Shown piece by piece: positions 18,373-27,447 of a stretch of 37,688 nt of DNA. A program made the position numbers and the translations under genes. Numbering within the stretch: position 1 is the stretch's first letter; the number at the start of each line of letters is the position of its first letter. Under the pieces are notes generated by a model. That model was not told the origin of the DNA. It worked only from the letters and a program-made list of their open reading frames with translations, and made no database searches. The stretch is taken from the sequence record DRR723986_6670. One strand, written 5' to 3'.

Positions 18373-18609
18373 ACCGGATACCTGGGATCAAATCGCCCAA
18401 ATGGGCAGAGTGGACCAAACACGTCGGAACATAGTCCGGTAGGCTACCGTTTTGGGGGGCTGCGAAGCAATGTCAGTCGTGTTGCTAGCAGCGCGGAGCA
18501 GAGTATTTAGAATCCGGAAATCAGTCGTCGAGCGATAGCTCAGCGTTCCTGCGCAGACCGTTGCTAATTGGTCTCCAACGGAACAGGGGGCTTACTGGGA
18601 GGCAATCAA

Positions 18610-19479
18610 ATGCGAAGTTGTTTTACTCTTACGATTCTCACGTGCCTGACGTTGCTGACTCAAATGCCAGCATTGGCGCAGATCGCTACCAAGGCAAAGC
18701 CGCTTTGGCAGGAAGTCATCTACGGTCACAAAGACGGACTCGCGCTAACGTTTGACGTCTTTGAGCCGTCGGGAGAAGCCAATGGAGGCGCGGTCGCATT
18801 CATGGTCAGCGGAGGTTGGCGATCCAAGTGGATTCCACCTCTGCAGACTCAGGCACTCATGGCGCCCTATTTGCAAGCCGGCTACAAAGTGTTTGCCGTT
18901 CGACACGGTAGCAGCCCGCGCTATTCCATTGCTGAAGCCGTTGAGGATGTTCGCTTGGCGATACGAACCATCCGTGCCGATGCGAAGAAGTATGAAATCG
19001 ATCCAAACCGAATCGGCGCTGTGGGCATGAGTGCTGGCGGGCATCTCACTTTGATGTTGGCGACCACTGGCGACGATGGGAAATCTGATGCATCGGAGAG
19101 CGTCCAGAGGACTAGTAGCCGTATTGCTGCCGGCGTCGCTCTGGTGCCACCTAGTGATATAACTGGTTACGTGTGGACGACGCCGGACCTGCATCCGCGC
19201 TACCGAAACTTTCCCGGACTGGACATCAGCAAGGCAGCCGCGCGGGAAGTGTCTCCGTTGTACTTCGTAACGAAGGATGATGCGCCTTGTCTGATGATCA
19301 TGGGTGGCGAAGACGAATTGGTTCCTGCTGAACAAGGAGAGTGGATTCACGAGAAAATGGATGAGGTGGGCGTTGAGAACCAGTTGATCATCTATCCCAA
19401 TGCGGACCATGGATTGGGTGCGAAGTTGCAGACGGCGATCGATGAATCTATCAAGTGGTTCGACGTTCACATGGAGTAA
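18610..19479 (+). CDS. Secreted alpha/beta hydrolase (BD-FAE/esterase-like)
   Basis: Signal peptide; SGGW oxyanion motif, GMSAGGHL nucleophile, DELVP, ADHG catalytic triad motifs. Confidence 0.88.
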   Translation: MRSCFTLTILTCLTLLTQMPALAQIATKAKPLWQEVIYGHKDGLALTFDVFEPSGEANGGAVAFMVSGGWRSKWIPPLQTQALMAPYLQAGYKVFAVRHGSSPRYSIAEAVEDVRLAIRTIRADAKKYEIDPNRIGAVGMSAGGHLTLMLATTGDDGKSDASESVQRTSSRIAAGVALVPPSDITGYVWTTPDLHPRYRNFPGLDISKAAAREVSPLYFVTKDDAPCLMIMGGEDELVPAEQGEWIHEKMDEVGVENQLIIYPNADHGLGAKLQTAIDESIKWFDVHME

Positions 19480-19569
19480 CGCGGCATCTTTGATGTAAGT
19501 GGCCGCGCTCAGCGCTTGGCAACTGATATTTGGCACACTGGCGTTTTATTCAGGTTGCTGACGGATTGG

Positions 19570-19598
19570 TGTAAGGATTGTCCGATTGCTACGACTAA
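19570..19598 (+). promoter_or_regulatory. Putative autoregulatory ECF promoter
   Basis: TGTAA-GGATTGTCCGATTGCTA-CGACTAA (TGTAA-N17-CGAC) upstream of the ECF sigma gene. Confidence 0.65.
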
Positions 19599-19658
19599 AT
19601 GGATGATTCGTTTTTCATGGTTCGTTTTGTCTTTTTGAACTCGGAAATTGCTATCGGG

Positions 19659-20228
19659 ATGGGAAAAGAGGGCGAAGCCAAAGCTGAAGCCTCCGAGGCT
19701 ACCCAACTGCCGCAGGACTGGGTCGATGAACATGCGGATGTGCTTTACCGATTTGCGTTGCGGCGAATCAGCGATCAGCACGTGGTTGAGGATCTCTTGC
19801 AGGAGACCTTTCTGGCCGCCTATAAGGCACAGGAGACTTTCCGAGGTGAATCGAGCGTCCGGACATGGTTGATTGCCATCTTGCGGCTCAAGATCATCGA
19901 CCACTTCAGACGCAGTTCGCGCGACGCTTCGCAGTACAACCCGGAGCACGACGAATCGGGTGGGCAGTTCCGCGCCGAAGCGCTGTCCGCGTGGACGAAT
20001 GAGGCAGCTAAGGTTTTTGAGAAACAGGAGTTTTGGGAAGTGCTGAGGAAGTGCAGTGACAAATTGCCTGCAACACTCGCTCGAGCTTTCTTCCTGCGAG
20101 AGGTAGACGGCTGTGACCCAGCCACCGTTTGCGAGCTACTTCAGATATCGAGATCGAATTTATCGGTTCGAGTCTATCGGGCCCGAGCACTGATGCGGGA
20201 CTGCCTCGACAGCAACTGGTTCTCCTGA
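19659..20228 (+). CDS. ECF-type RNA polymerase sigma-70 factor
   Basis: Region 2 (EDLLQETFLAAY..FRGESSVRTWLIAIL..KIIDHFR) and region 4 HTH (AFFLREVDG..VCELLQISRSNLSVRVYRAR); start codon uncertain (19599/19617/19659). Confidence 0.92.
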   Translation: MGKEGEAKAEASEATQLPQDWVDEHADVLYRFALRRISDQHVVEDLLQETFLAAYKAQETFRGESSVRTWLIAILRLKIIDHFRRSSRDASQYNPEHDESGGQFRAEALSAWTNEAAKVFEKQEFWEVLRKCSDKLPATLARAFFLREVDGCDPATVCELLQISRSNLSVRVYRARALMRDCLDSNWFS

Positions 20229-20241
20229 GAGCGGATTCACG

Positions 20242-20520
20242 ATGAATACCTGGCAGAAGATGCGAATGATTCTCACCACCAAGTGTGAACATGCATCGAA
20301 TTTGACATCCAAATCGTTGGACGGACCGCTGGCTTGGTATGAGCGAGCGGCTCTCCGGACGCACAAGTATGTATGCCGTTCATGCCATCGATTCGATGCA
20401 CAGCTTGCGTTCCTGCGTTCAGCGCTCCGCGAGTCTGGCCGCCGCGAGCTTCAGTCTCTGGACGAGGGCCCCACTTTGGATAGCGACGTCAAAGCAAGAA
20501 TCAAATCTCTGTTGAAGTGA
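20242..20520 (+). CDS. Soluble zinc-binding anti-sigma factor (zf-HC2/ZAS)
   Basis: N-terminal Cys (KCEH) plus HKYVCRSC (HxxxCxxC); no TM segment; 13 nt after the sigma stop. Confidence 0.88.
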   Translation: MNTWQKMRMILTTKCEHASNLTSKSLDGPLAWYERAALRTHKYVCRSCHRFDAQLAFLRSALRESGRRELQSLDEGPTLDSDVKARIKSLLK

Positions 20521-20570
20521 GAGCTATCTTACATCCAGCGCGCAAAAATTAATCTATTTTCCGGAAAGCC

Positions 20571-20599
20571 TGTAATCGATTTATTTTGACTCCGACCAA
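20571..20599 (+). promoter_or_regulatory. Putative ECF promoter for the spondin/PEP-CTERM gene
   Basis: TGTAA-TCGATTTATTTTGACTC-CGACCAA (TGTAA-N17-CGAC), preceded by an AT-rich tract, 44 nt before GTG 20644. Confidence 0.65.
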
Positions 20600-20643
20600 C
20601 GGTGCGTTAATTGTTCTGCAACGTTGAATTTTGGGAGTCTACT

Positions 20644-21546
20644 GTGAAGTTCATTACAATTCGTCACGCTCTTTTAGGGGGCCTTGCGGCCCTAGGTTCG
20701 CTATGCGGCCAGGTGGCCAATGCAGCTACCGTAAATCTAAACGTTACGGTGGAGAATATTTCCCCCACCGGCGGCGTTGGGATCACGCCTGTTTGGGTCG
20801 GTTTTCATAGCGGGAATTTCGACTCATATAATAGTGGTGCGGCGGCTGGTCGCGTTACAGCGGGGCTCGAGCAACTGGCTGAAGACGGATCGCTCGCAAC
20901 GCTAAGGGCGGATTTCAGCAACGGTTTCACGTACGTCGATTCGGCCAACATGAACAATCGTGTTATGGCAACCGGTTCGACAACAGGACGAGTGGACAGA
21001 GTTCTCGGTAATGCCTCCGGTCCTCCACCAATTCTGCCTGGCCAGTCAGTTAGCGACGTCTTTTCGGTCGACGATGGAGGGGCAAACCGATTCTTCTCCT
21101 ACGCATCCATGGTCCTGCCAAGTAACGATTTCTTCGTTGCAAACGGCTCACCAACGGCCTTCGACCTGACTAGTGTCTTCACTGGTGGTGGTCCGCTTGA
21201 GATTCTGATCGGTATTCCAGGGTCGGTGAATGACGCCGGGACGGAAGTGGAAGACTTCAATTCCTCTGCAGCCAACGGGCTCTTCGGACTCGCAGGCGGA
21301 CAAACTGGGCCGAATCAGGGAGCAGACGATCCAAACGCATTCGTGCGAAACGTTGCTGGAGATCCATTTGCCGGTTTTGCAAATGTACCTACTGGTGCTG
21401 ACCTTACACGATTCAATTTCAATGATTCGGCGCTATACACCGGTGGCGGAATCGCACGGATTACCATCTCCGCTGTACCAGAACCGAGTGGTTTGGCAGT
21501 CCTGCTAGCCGGAAGCGCTCTGGCTATCTTCCGCCGACGCAAATAG
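20644..21546 (+). CDS. Spondin-N domain protein with PEP-CTERM sorting signal
   Basis: TPVWVGFH, LEQLAEDG, SYASMVLPSNDFFV, DAGTEV spondin motifs; C-terminal VPEPS-TM-RRRK; N-terminal signal peptide. Confidence 0.88.
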   Translation: MKFITIRHALLGGLAALGSLCGQVANAATVNLNVTVENISPTGGVGITPVWVGFHSGNFDSYNSGAAAGRVTAGLEQLAEDGSLATLRADFSNGFTYVDSANMNNRVMATGSTTGRVDRVLGNASGPPPILPGQSVSDVFSVDDGGANRFFSYASMVLPSNDFFVANGSPTAFDLTSVFTGGGPLEILIGIPGSVNDAGTEVEDFNSSAANGLFGLAGGQTGPNQGADDPNAFVRNVAGDPFAGFANVPTGADLTRFNFNDSALYTGGGIARITISAVPEPSGLAVLLAGSALAIFRRRK

Positions 21547-21638
21547 TGCTGTGAATTCCGCTCCCTGCAGCCTGGATTGAATTGGTTGTAGCGGAGAATA
21601 CCAAGGATCTGCCCGAAAGCCTGGATGATTTCGGTTGT

Positions 21639-22259
21639 TCAGAGCTTTCGACGCAGAGCCAAGAAACCGGTGAAAGTCTTCAATCCCAGAAGGCAAACAC
21701 CCGCGAACATTGTGATCACCACCAAAGGGGCAGGAGCGATTGGCTCCAGAAGCATCGCTGTGTACACAATGAATCTAGGTCGCAACAGCCAACTGTACGG
21801 AATCTCTAGTGCGTTGCGAGCAATTGCGAAAGCTACGACGATCGCGTACAGGAAAATGTAGCTCGCTCCTAAGCCGATGTTGAACGGGCTGGGTGACGTA
21901 GCCATCCAAGCAATTGTTACCGCCGTGACCACGATCTGATCGGTGAAAGAATCAGTAAAGCTACCTTTGGCGGACGCCGATCCGTCGTATCGCGCAAGCG
22001 GTCCATCTAGACCGTCCAGGATGATGTGTAGCGCCAGTGAACAGAATGCTGCCACCTGAAGGTTGAGCAGCCAAAGCGGGAGAAAGGCAACTCCAAGCAG
22101 ACCGGCGACTATCGTGATGTGGTCCGCTGTGACACCCATCCTGCGTAGTGGCGGCAGGATAGGGGCGAAAAGGTACTGCCGGACATCGCGTCCATGATCC
22201 ATCCATCGTCGTTCACGCTCTGAATAGCAGTCGCTTGCCTTGCGGGACTTGGTTGTCAT
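21639..22259 (-). CDS. CDP-alcohol phosphatidyltransferase family protein
   Basis: DGLDGPLARYDGSASAKGSFTDSFTD matches DxxDGxxAR...GxxxDxxxD; ATGA overlap with the upstream gene's stop. Confidence 0.9.
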   Translation of the reverse strand: MTTKSRKASDCYSERERRWMDHGRDVRQYLFAPILPPLRRMGVTADHITIVAGLLGVAFLPLWLLNLQVAAFCSLALHIILDGLDGPLARYDGSASAKGSFTDSFTDQIVVTAVTIAWMATSPSPFNIGLGASYIFLYAIVVAFAIARNALEIPYSWLLRPRFIVYTAMLLEPIAPAPLVVITMFAGVCLLGLKTFTGFLALRRKL

Positions 22260-23161
22260 GCGGTGTCCCCGATTCGAACGTCGATAGCACGGTGTGGCAT
22301 ATGGCGAAGGCATGCCCCGCCGTTAAGAAACTCGATATTTCCGGCTCGGGCTGACTCGATTGCTCGATGCGTGTGACCAAAACAGATTCGTCGTAGGTGT
22401 GGAAACTCTTCTGGTTGCAAAAGCTCAAGCAGTTCCGCCAGGGATTCAACAGTCCGCTTCTGTGTGCGGACTAGCCGCGGAATGGCTCGGTGGACTCGCA
22501 TCGCGACAGCCACATCGTAGGCGGTGTGTGTCAGTTTCGATCGAGTGGTCGTGTGTTCAAATCCCGCTCGGTAGTTCATCAGCTTTTCATGCACTGTTGT
22601 CACCGAAGTGGTCTTTGAACGCCTCATTGCATCGAGAACGTCGCCATGCAAGAAAGCTGTATCACCGAGCTGCATATGATGGTGTACCAGTGCGAAATGC
22701 GGGAACTCCAAATCCAATTTGCTGAGTTCCGTTACATAGCGAGCGAGGCAATCGTGGTTGCCGAGTAGATAAGCGATCGGAAGATCCGTCGACTCCAGCA
22801 GTTGCCGCACGGCATGTATTGCTGCTTCGACCGATTCGCGAATGCTGCAAAGGCTGCTCCAACGAAAATCAAAGATGTCTCCGCCAAGTATGAGGGCATC
22901 GCTGGCCCGAGGATCAACGTAGGTCGAAAGCGGCTGGCTACGGCTACGGGGGCTCAGCAGGTGCAGGTCGGAAACGAAACGAACACGTGGGGAACTGCCC
23001 ACCTGATCCAGCCAGGATACGGGTGGTCCCGCCCAAAAATCGGGCGTTGCAGCAACGCAGTGCCCCATGCTAGACGCAGTGTCGATCGTTTCTACGCTGG
23101 AAGATTCGAGCGCGCGGCGAACTTCGCAATCGGGGGAGTCGCTTTCAATTTCCTGCTTCAT
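22256..23161 (-). CDS. Calcineurin-like metallophosphoesterase (LpxH/YbbF-like)
   Basis: SDLHL, GDIFD, GNHD, HGD, GHTH motifs; start uncertain. Confidence 0.85.
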   Translation of the reverse strand: MKQEIESDSPDCEVRRALESSSVETIDTASSMGHCVAATPDFWAGPPVSWLDQVGSSPRVRFVSDLHLLSPRSRSQPLSTYVDPRASDALILGGDIFDFRWSSLCSIRESVEAAIHAVRQLLESTDLPIAYLLGNHDCLARYVTELSKLDLEFPHFALVHHHMQLGDTAFLHGDVLDAMRRSKTTSVTTVHEKLMNYRAGFEHTTTRSKLTHTAYDVAVAMRVHRAIPRLVRTQKRTVESLAELLELLQPEEFPHLRRICFGHTHRAIESARAGNIEFLNGGACLRHMPHRAIDVRIGDTA

Positions 23162-23207
23162 TTTGCCCGCCGGATTCTGATGTCCTGTTTGCCGATCATG
23201 CCGCCCC

Positions 23208-23213
23208 TATAAT
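23208..23213 (+). promoter_or_regulatory. Candidate sigma70 -10 box for the MoxR operon
   Basis: Perfect TATAAT in the divergent intergenic region about 90 nt upstream of moxR; no well-spaced -35. Confidence 0.35.
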
Positions 23214-23305
23214 GAGATGCCCTCGGCGACCGGAATGAGCGCGCCGACAAGTGAGAATTCAAAAATCCGCTAGGACTTACCGTTTTGAGCCCAGAACCTG
23301 CCCCA

Positions 23306-24343
23306 ATGACCAGCGATTCGAAAGCCATTGAGCAATTGCGCGAAAGTGCTGGAGCAATTCGTGAGCAACTGTCGCGTGTCATCGTTGGTCAGGAGGAAAC
23401 CATTGAGCAGTTGTTGATTGCCCTGCTGGCCGGTGGCCACTGTTTGTTGGTGGGAGTACCTGGTCTGGCAAAGACGCTAACAATCTCCAGCCTTGCCAAA
23501 ACGCTGGCTTTGAACTTCAGCCGAATTCAGTTCACGCCCGACCTCATGCCCGCGGACATAACTGGCACAGAAGTCATCGAGGAGGACAAATCGACCGGGC
23601 GGCGATCGTTCCGTTTCATTCCCGGTCCCTTGTTCGCCAACGTCATCCTGGCCGATGAAGTCAACAGGACGCCTCCCAAGACTCAGGCGGCGTTGCTCGA
23701 GGCAATGCAAGAGCGGCAAATTACCGTTGGTGGGCAGCGTCACAGTATTCCGATGCCATTCTTTGTTTTGGCGACCCAGAATCCAATTGACCAGGAGGGG
23801 ACTTACCCGTTGCCGGAAGCTCAGCTTGATCGTTTCATGTTCAGCATTTCTGTCGGCTATCCTACGCAAGAAGATGAACTTGAGATAGTCTTGCAAACAA
23901 CGAGTGGTCAGAATGAAAAACTGACAGCATGCCTCGATGGGGCCAAGCTCTCGGAGCTTGCGTCGGTCGTTCGCAGGGTTGCCATCACACGAGAGCTAGC
24001 ACTTCGCGCGACGCAGACCGCCAGGCTCACTAGGCCAGAGGATGAGCATGCACCGGAGGTTGTGCGGAAGAATGTTCGCTGGGGAGCGGGGCCACGGGCA
24101 AGTCAGTTCATCGTCCTAGGTGCGAAAGCACGAGCCACACTTGCCGGTAGTCCAATCGTACGACAGGAGGATATCGACGCGGTGGCAAAACCCGTACTGA
24201 GACACCGCATCAAGCTAAATTTTCAGGCCGAGTCAGAGGGACTTACACCGGACAGTGTCATTGAGCAGGTGTTGGCTTCAGTCGATCGAACCCTGGAAAA
24301 AGAGGCCAGCGATGGTGCAATCGCAAAAGTACTTCGATCCTGA
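23306..24343 (+). CDS. moxR: MoxR-family AAA+ ATPase
   Basis: GVPGLAKT, RIQFTPDLMPADITG, LADEVNRTPPKTQAALLEAMQE, ATQNPIDQEGTYPLPEAQLDRF. Confidence 0.96.
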   Translation: MTSDSKAIEQLRESAGAIREQLSRVIVGQEETIEQLLIALLAGGHCLLVGVPGLAKTLTISSLAKTLALNFSRIQFTPDLMPADITGTEVIEEDKSTGRRSFRFIPGPLFANVILADEVNRTPPKTQAALLEAMQERQITVGGQRHSIPMPFFVLATQNPIDQEGTYPLPEAQLDRFMFSISVGYPTQEDELEIVLQTTSGQNEKLTACLDGAKLSELASVVRRVAITRELALRATQTARLTRPEDEHAPEVVRKNVRWGAGPRASQFIVLGAKARATLAGSPIVRQEDIDAVAKPVLRHRIKLNFQAESEGLTPDSVIEQVLASVDRTLEKEASDGAIAKVLRS

Positions 24344-25214
24344 AACGCTGGCCAGTCTACAGACACTGTCCCTACGGTCGGCTGCAGTACTAGAGGGGCT
24401 AGTCACTGGGTCGCATCGGAGCTCAATGCTGGGGCACTCCGTCGAATTTGCGAACCATCGTGAATACACTCGCGGGGATGATCTCCGCAGCGTCGACTGG
24501 AAAGTTTTCGCGCGGAGGGATAAGTACTACGTCAAGCAGTATGAGGATGAAACAACACTCAACTGCCTAGTGCTTCTCGATCACAGCGAGAGTATGACGT
24601 ACCGCGGCGAGCATTCACCACTATCCAAATGGGAATACGGACAGCTCGTTAGTTGCAGCATCGCCCATCTGGTTCTCGCGCAGCACGATAGTGTTGGGCT
24701 ATCTGTTTTCGGCGACCAGGTAATGCAGCACTTGCCTGTCAGTGGAAGCCCCGCCCAGCGTGAGAACTTTGTTCGACTGCTCGATGAAAGTCAGCCTAGC
24801 CCTAAGACAGACTTGCTGGCCGTGTTCCAGGAAGTACTGTCACAGGCTCGGGCCAAGACACTAATTGTGTTGGTCAGTGATTTGTTATCTGACCCCAGCA
24901 GTGTTCAGCGCGCGTTGCGTTTGGCCAAGGCGGCAGGGAATGATGTTCTCGTGTTTCGAGTCTTGGATTCTGACGAAGTCGATTTTCCGTTTGACGACAA
25001 TAACGAGTTCATTGGGCTGGAGTCGCTTGGACATTTGGCAGCCGACGCCAGCTTAATTGCTTCGTCCTACCGAAGCGCCATGCAGGATCAGAACGCTTTG
25101 TTGCAACGTCATTGTGCTGGCTTGGAGTTTGATTTTCACTTGCTTAAGACGTCAGACCGACTTTCGCAAGTGCTGCCGCCGTTGCTCGAAAACAGACGGT
25201 GGCGTCAGTCGTGA
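24312..25214 (+). CDS. DUF58 domain protein
   Basis: GHSVEFANHREYTRGDDLRSVDWKVFAR, vWA-like LLDHSESM; overlaps the end of moxR. Confidence 0.93.
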   Translation: MVQSQKYFDPETLASLQTLSLRSAAVLEGLVTGSHRSSMLGHSVEFANHREYTRGDDLRSVDWKVFARRDKYYVKQYEDETTLNCLVLLDHSESMTYRGEHSPLSKWEYGQLVSCSIAHLVLAQHDSVGLSVFGDQVMQHLPVSGSPAQRENFVRLLDESQPSPKTDLLAVFQEVLSQARAKTLIVLVSDLLSDPSSVQRALRLAKAAGNDVLVFRVLDSDEVDFPFDDNNEFIGLESLGHLAADASLIASSYRSAMQDQNALLQRHCAGLEFDFHLLKTSDRLSQVLPPLLENRRWRQS

Positions 25215-27445
25215 ATGTACTTGCTCTTGGAGGTTTCCTGAGTCCCTGGATGCTGCTGTGGGGATTGGCCGTGGCGGTACCAATCACTCTGCATTTGTTG
25301 TCTCGACGTCGGACTCAACCGCGACAGTGGGCCGCGATGCAACTGTTGGAAAAAGTTATCGAGCAGAGCGCACGCCGGATACAGATCGAACAGCTCATCT
25401 TGTTGGCTATTAGGGCTGCAATCCCGATTGTTCTAGCTATCGCCGTTGCACGACCCTATTTCAATTCGTCAGTGGGTAGCATGCCTGCGTCTCAGCGGCC
25501 GGCGCGACTGAACGTCTTGGTTATCGACACTTCCTATTCGATGACGTATGAAACAGGCGAAGAGTCTTCGTCGGGCAATGCAGCACAGATCAGTCTTCTC
25601 AGCCAAGCCAGGGCAGCAGCCGAGCAGATCATCCTGGACGCGCCCTCGGGCGATGCTTTTTCGATTATCATGCTGGGTTCTCCACCAGTCGTTGATGCGA
25701 TAACGTTCGATGCTCGCTCTGCGGTGGAAGCGGTTGATCGGTCCAAAATCTGCTACAGCGGCGTTGACGTTCCCAGCGCTTTGGCGCTTGCTGAGCGCGT
25801 CGTTTCTGAACGGGATAGTAATATCTTGCCTGGTAAGCCAAGAGTCTGGGTTCTATCAGACTTCGGGCAAGACGGATGGAAAGACAGTCAGGCGTGTTTG
25901 GTGGCTTGGAACCGTTTGTCGAGAGTCGCCAACGTCTCAAGACAGGCATTCCTGCCGGACGATCGAGAGAACTGGGCGGTCACGTCGCTTCGAGTGCCCC
26001 AGTCGGCGATGCTTTCTAGTGTTCAGAGCAATCGCGTCGTTGCCAGGGTAAGTCGTTTTGGTGACTCTGGTACTTCGGAAGAGACAACAGTTAGCGTCAG
26101 CGTTGACGGAGTTGCCGTCGAGAGCCAAAGCGTGAGCCTTGCATCTGGAGAGACAGCCAACGTTATTTTGCCGATCGCGATTGAAACTCCTGGGCAGCAT
26201 GTCATCGAAGTGCGTTTGCCAGCGGACCGATTGACCGCAGACAATGCGCAGTCAGCCGTCGTGGATGTGAAGGAGCGGTTATCGGTTCTATTGATCAGTC
26301 AGTCGAAGCGTGAGCTTGCGCCATTCGAGCTGGCACTTCAAACTGCACCGGAGCGATTTAGCGTGACCAGCGGCTCGGTTGCGACGATTGTGCAAGGCGG
26401 TACAGCGGGCCTAGAAGAATTCGATATCGTCGTCCTTTGCGACTTACCCCGATTATCCACTTCTGCTGCAACTCTTCTATGGCAGCATACGCAGCGTGGC
26501 GGTGGCATTGTGGTCATGCATGGACGCAATGCGGTAGCAGACGCCTGGAACCCTGAATCGCAACAGTTCTTGAGTTACCGTCTAGTTGAGCCTTCGGCTG
26601 AAAACGACTACCGGATTGATCCACTTGAATATCAAAGCCCAATTACGGCAGAGTTTCGTGAGTTCCCAGACGCTGGCTTGGTAACAACTCCATTTTTTCG
26701 CTTCTGGAGAATCGAAGAGTCGATGGCACAGGAATCGGAGTGCAAGGTGTTGTTGCAGTTCGCTTCTGGTGAACCGCTAATTGTCCAGTGTGATCGAGGA
26801 TTGGGTCGAACAATCAGCGTGTTTTCAATTCCGGTCGCAGGTAGTGAGGCAGATTCGTGGAACGCTGCAGCTACTTGGCCGAGTTTTGTGCCCGTATTCC
26901 ATCGTGTCGCCGAGCAGGCGGCACGCGGAGATCACGCGTCGAATCTGATGATCGGGGAAACTTGGGCGTGGCGAGCGCCTCGGGAAGTGATTGCCGATCA
27001 ACAGAAGTCGAGTCGGACTGAGGCAGGTGAGCAGCTCCTGCGAGTGAAAATTGATCGGCCCGATTCGGTGCAGGACACGGTCCTAGCAAGTCCAGATTCG
27101 ATCGCGAATCGCACACGCCAGCTTGAGTATTCACAGGTGGATGTACCTGGGATCTATTCTGCAAGCGTTCTCGCTACGGGTGGGGATGAAACAGTTAACG
27201 GCCGGACGGCAGGAGGTTCATTTCGCAAGATCGCAGCTCAGTTCGCAACTCAGGAAAGTAGCTTAGAAGCAACTCCGTCAGACCAACTACCCACGGAAGA
27301 TATTGCCATTGAAGACGCCGCCGAAGCGGGAAGCGAAGCGGACGGGCAGGGGCGTGGTTTCGGATCGCAGTTGATCTGGATACTTGCAGCGCTACTTCTA
27401 ACGGAGTCCTCGTTGGCTTGGTTCTTCGGGAGCAGGCTCCAGTGA
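25211..27445 (+). CDS. BatA-domain/vWA membrane protein with Ig-like and GATase-like regions
   Basis: N-terminal double TM (VPITLHLL...WAAMQLL...LAVARP), VIDTSYSM MIDAS, DRLTADN, C-terminal TM (LLLTESSL); GTGA overlap with DUF58. Confidence 0.85.
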   Translation: MNVLALGGFLSPWMLLWGLAVAVPITLHLLSRRRTQPRQWAAMQLLEKVIEQSARRIQIEQLILLAIRAAIPIVLAIAVARPYFNSSVGSMPASQRPARLNVLVIDTSYSMTYETGEESSSGNAAQISLLSQARAAAEQIILDAPSGDAFSIIMLGSPPVVDAITFDARSAVEAVDRSKICYSGVDVPSALALAERVVSERDSNILPGKPRVWVLSDFGQDGWKDSQACLVAWNRLSRVANVSRQAFLPDDRENWAVTSLRVPQSAMLSSVQSNRVVARVSRFGDSGTSEETTVSVSVDGVAVESQSVSLASGETANVILPIAIETPGQHVIEVRLPADRLTADNAQSAVVDVKERLSVLLISQSKRELAPFELALQTAPERFSVTSGSVATIVQGGTAGLEEFDIVVLCDLPRLSTSAATLLWQHTQRGGGIVVMHGRNAVADAWNPESQQFLSYRLVEPSAENDYRIDPLEYQSPITAEFREFPDAGLVTTPFFRFWRIEESMAQESECKVLLQFASGEPLIVQCDRGLGRTISVFSIPVAGSEADSWNAAATWPSFVPVFHRVAEQAARGDHASNLMIGETWAWRAPREVIADQQKSSRTEAGEQLLRVKIDRPDSVQDTVLASPDSIANRTRQLEYSQVDVPGIYSASVLATGGDETVNGRTAGGSFRKIAAQFATQESSLEATPSDQLPTEDIAIEDAAEAGSEADGQGRGFGSQLIWILAALLLTESSLAWFFGSRLQ

Positions 27446-27447
27446 AT

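Noticed and set aside
18745-19536. 263-aa antisense ORF
   Set aside because: Shadow of the motif-complete alpha/beta hydrolase on the opposite strand; no recognisable motifs
20508-20533. Minus-strand TGTAA as a further ECF promoter
   Set aside because: No CGAC at the 17-nt spacing
22256-23161. lpxH gene symbol
   Set aside because: Has GNHD rather than the GNRD of LpxH, and no lipid A gene context
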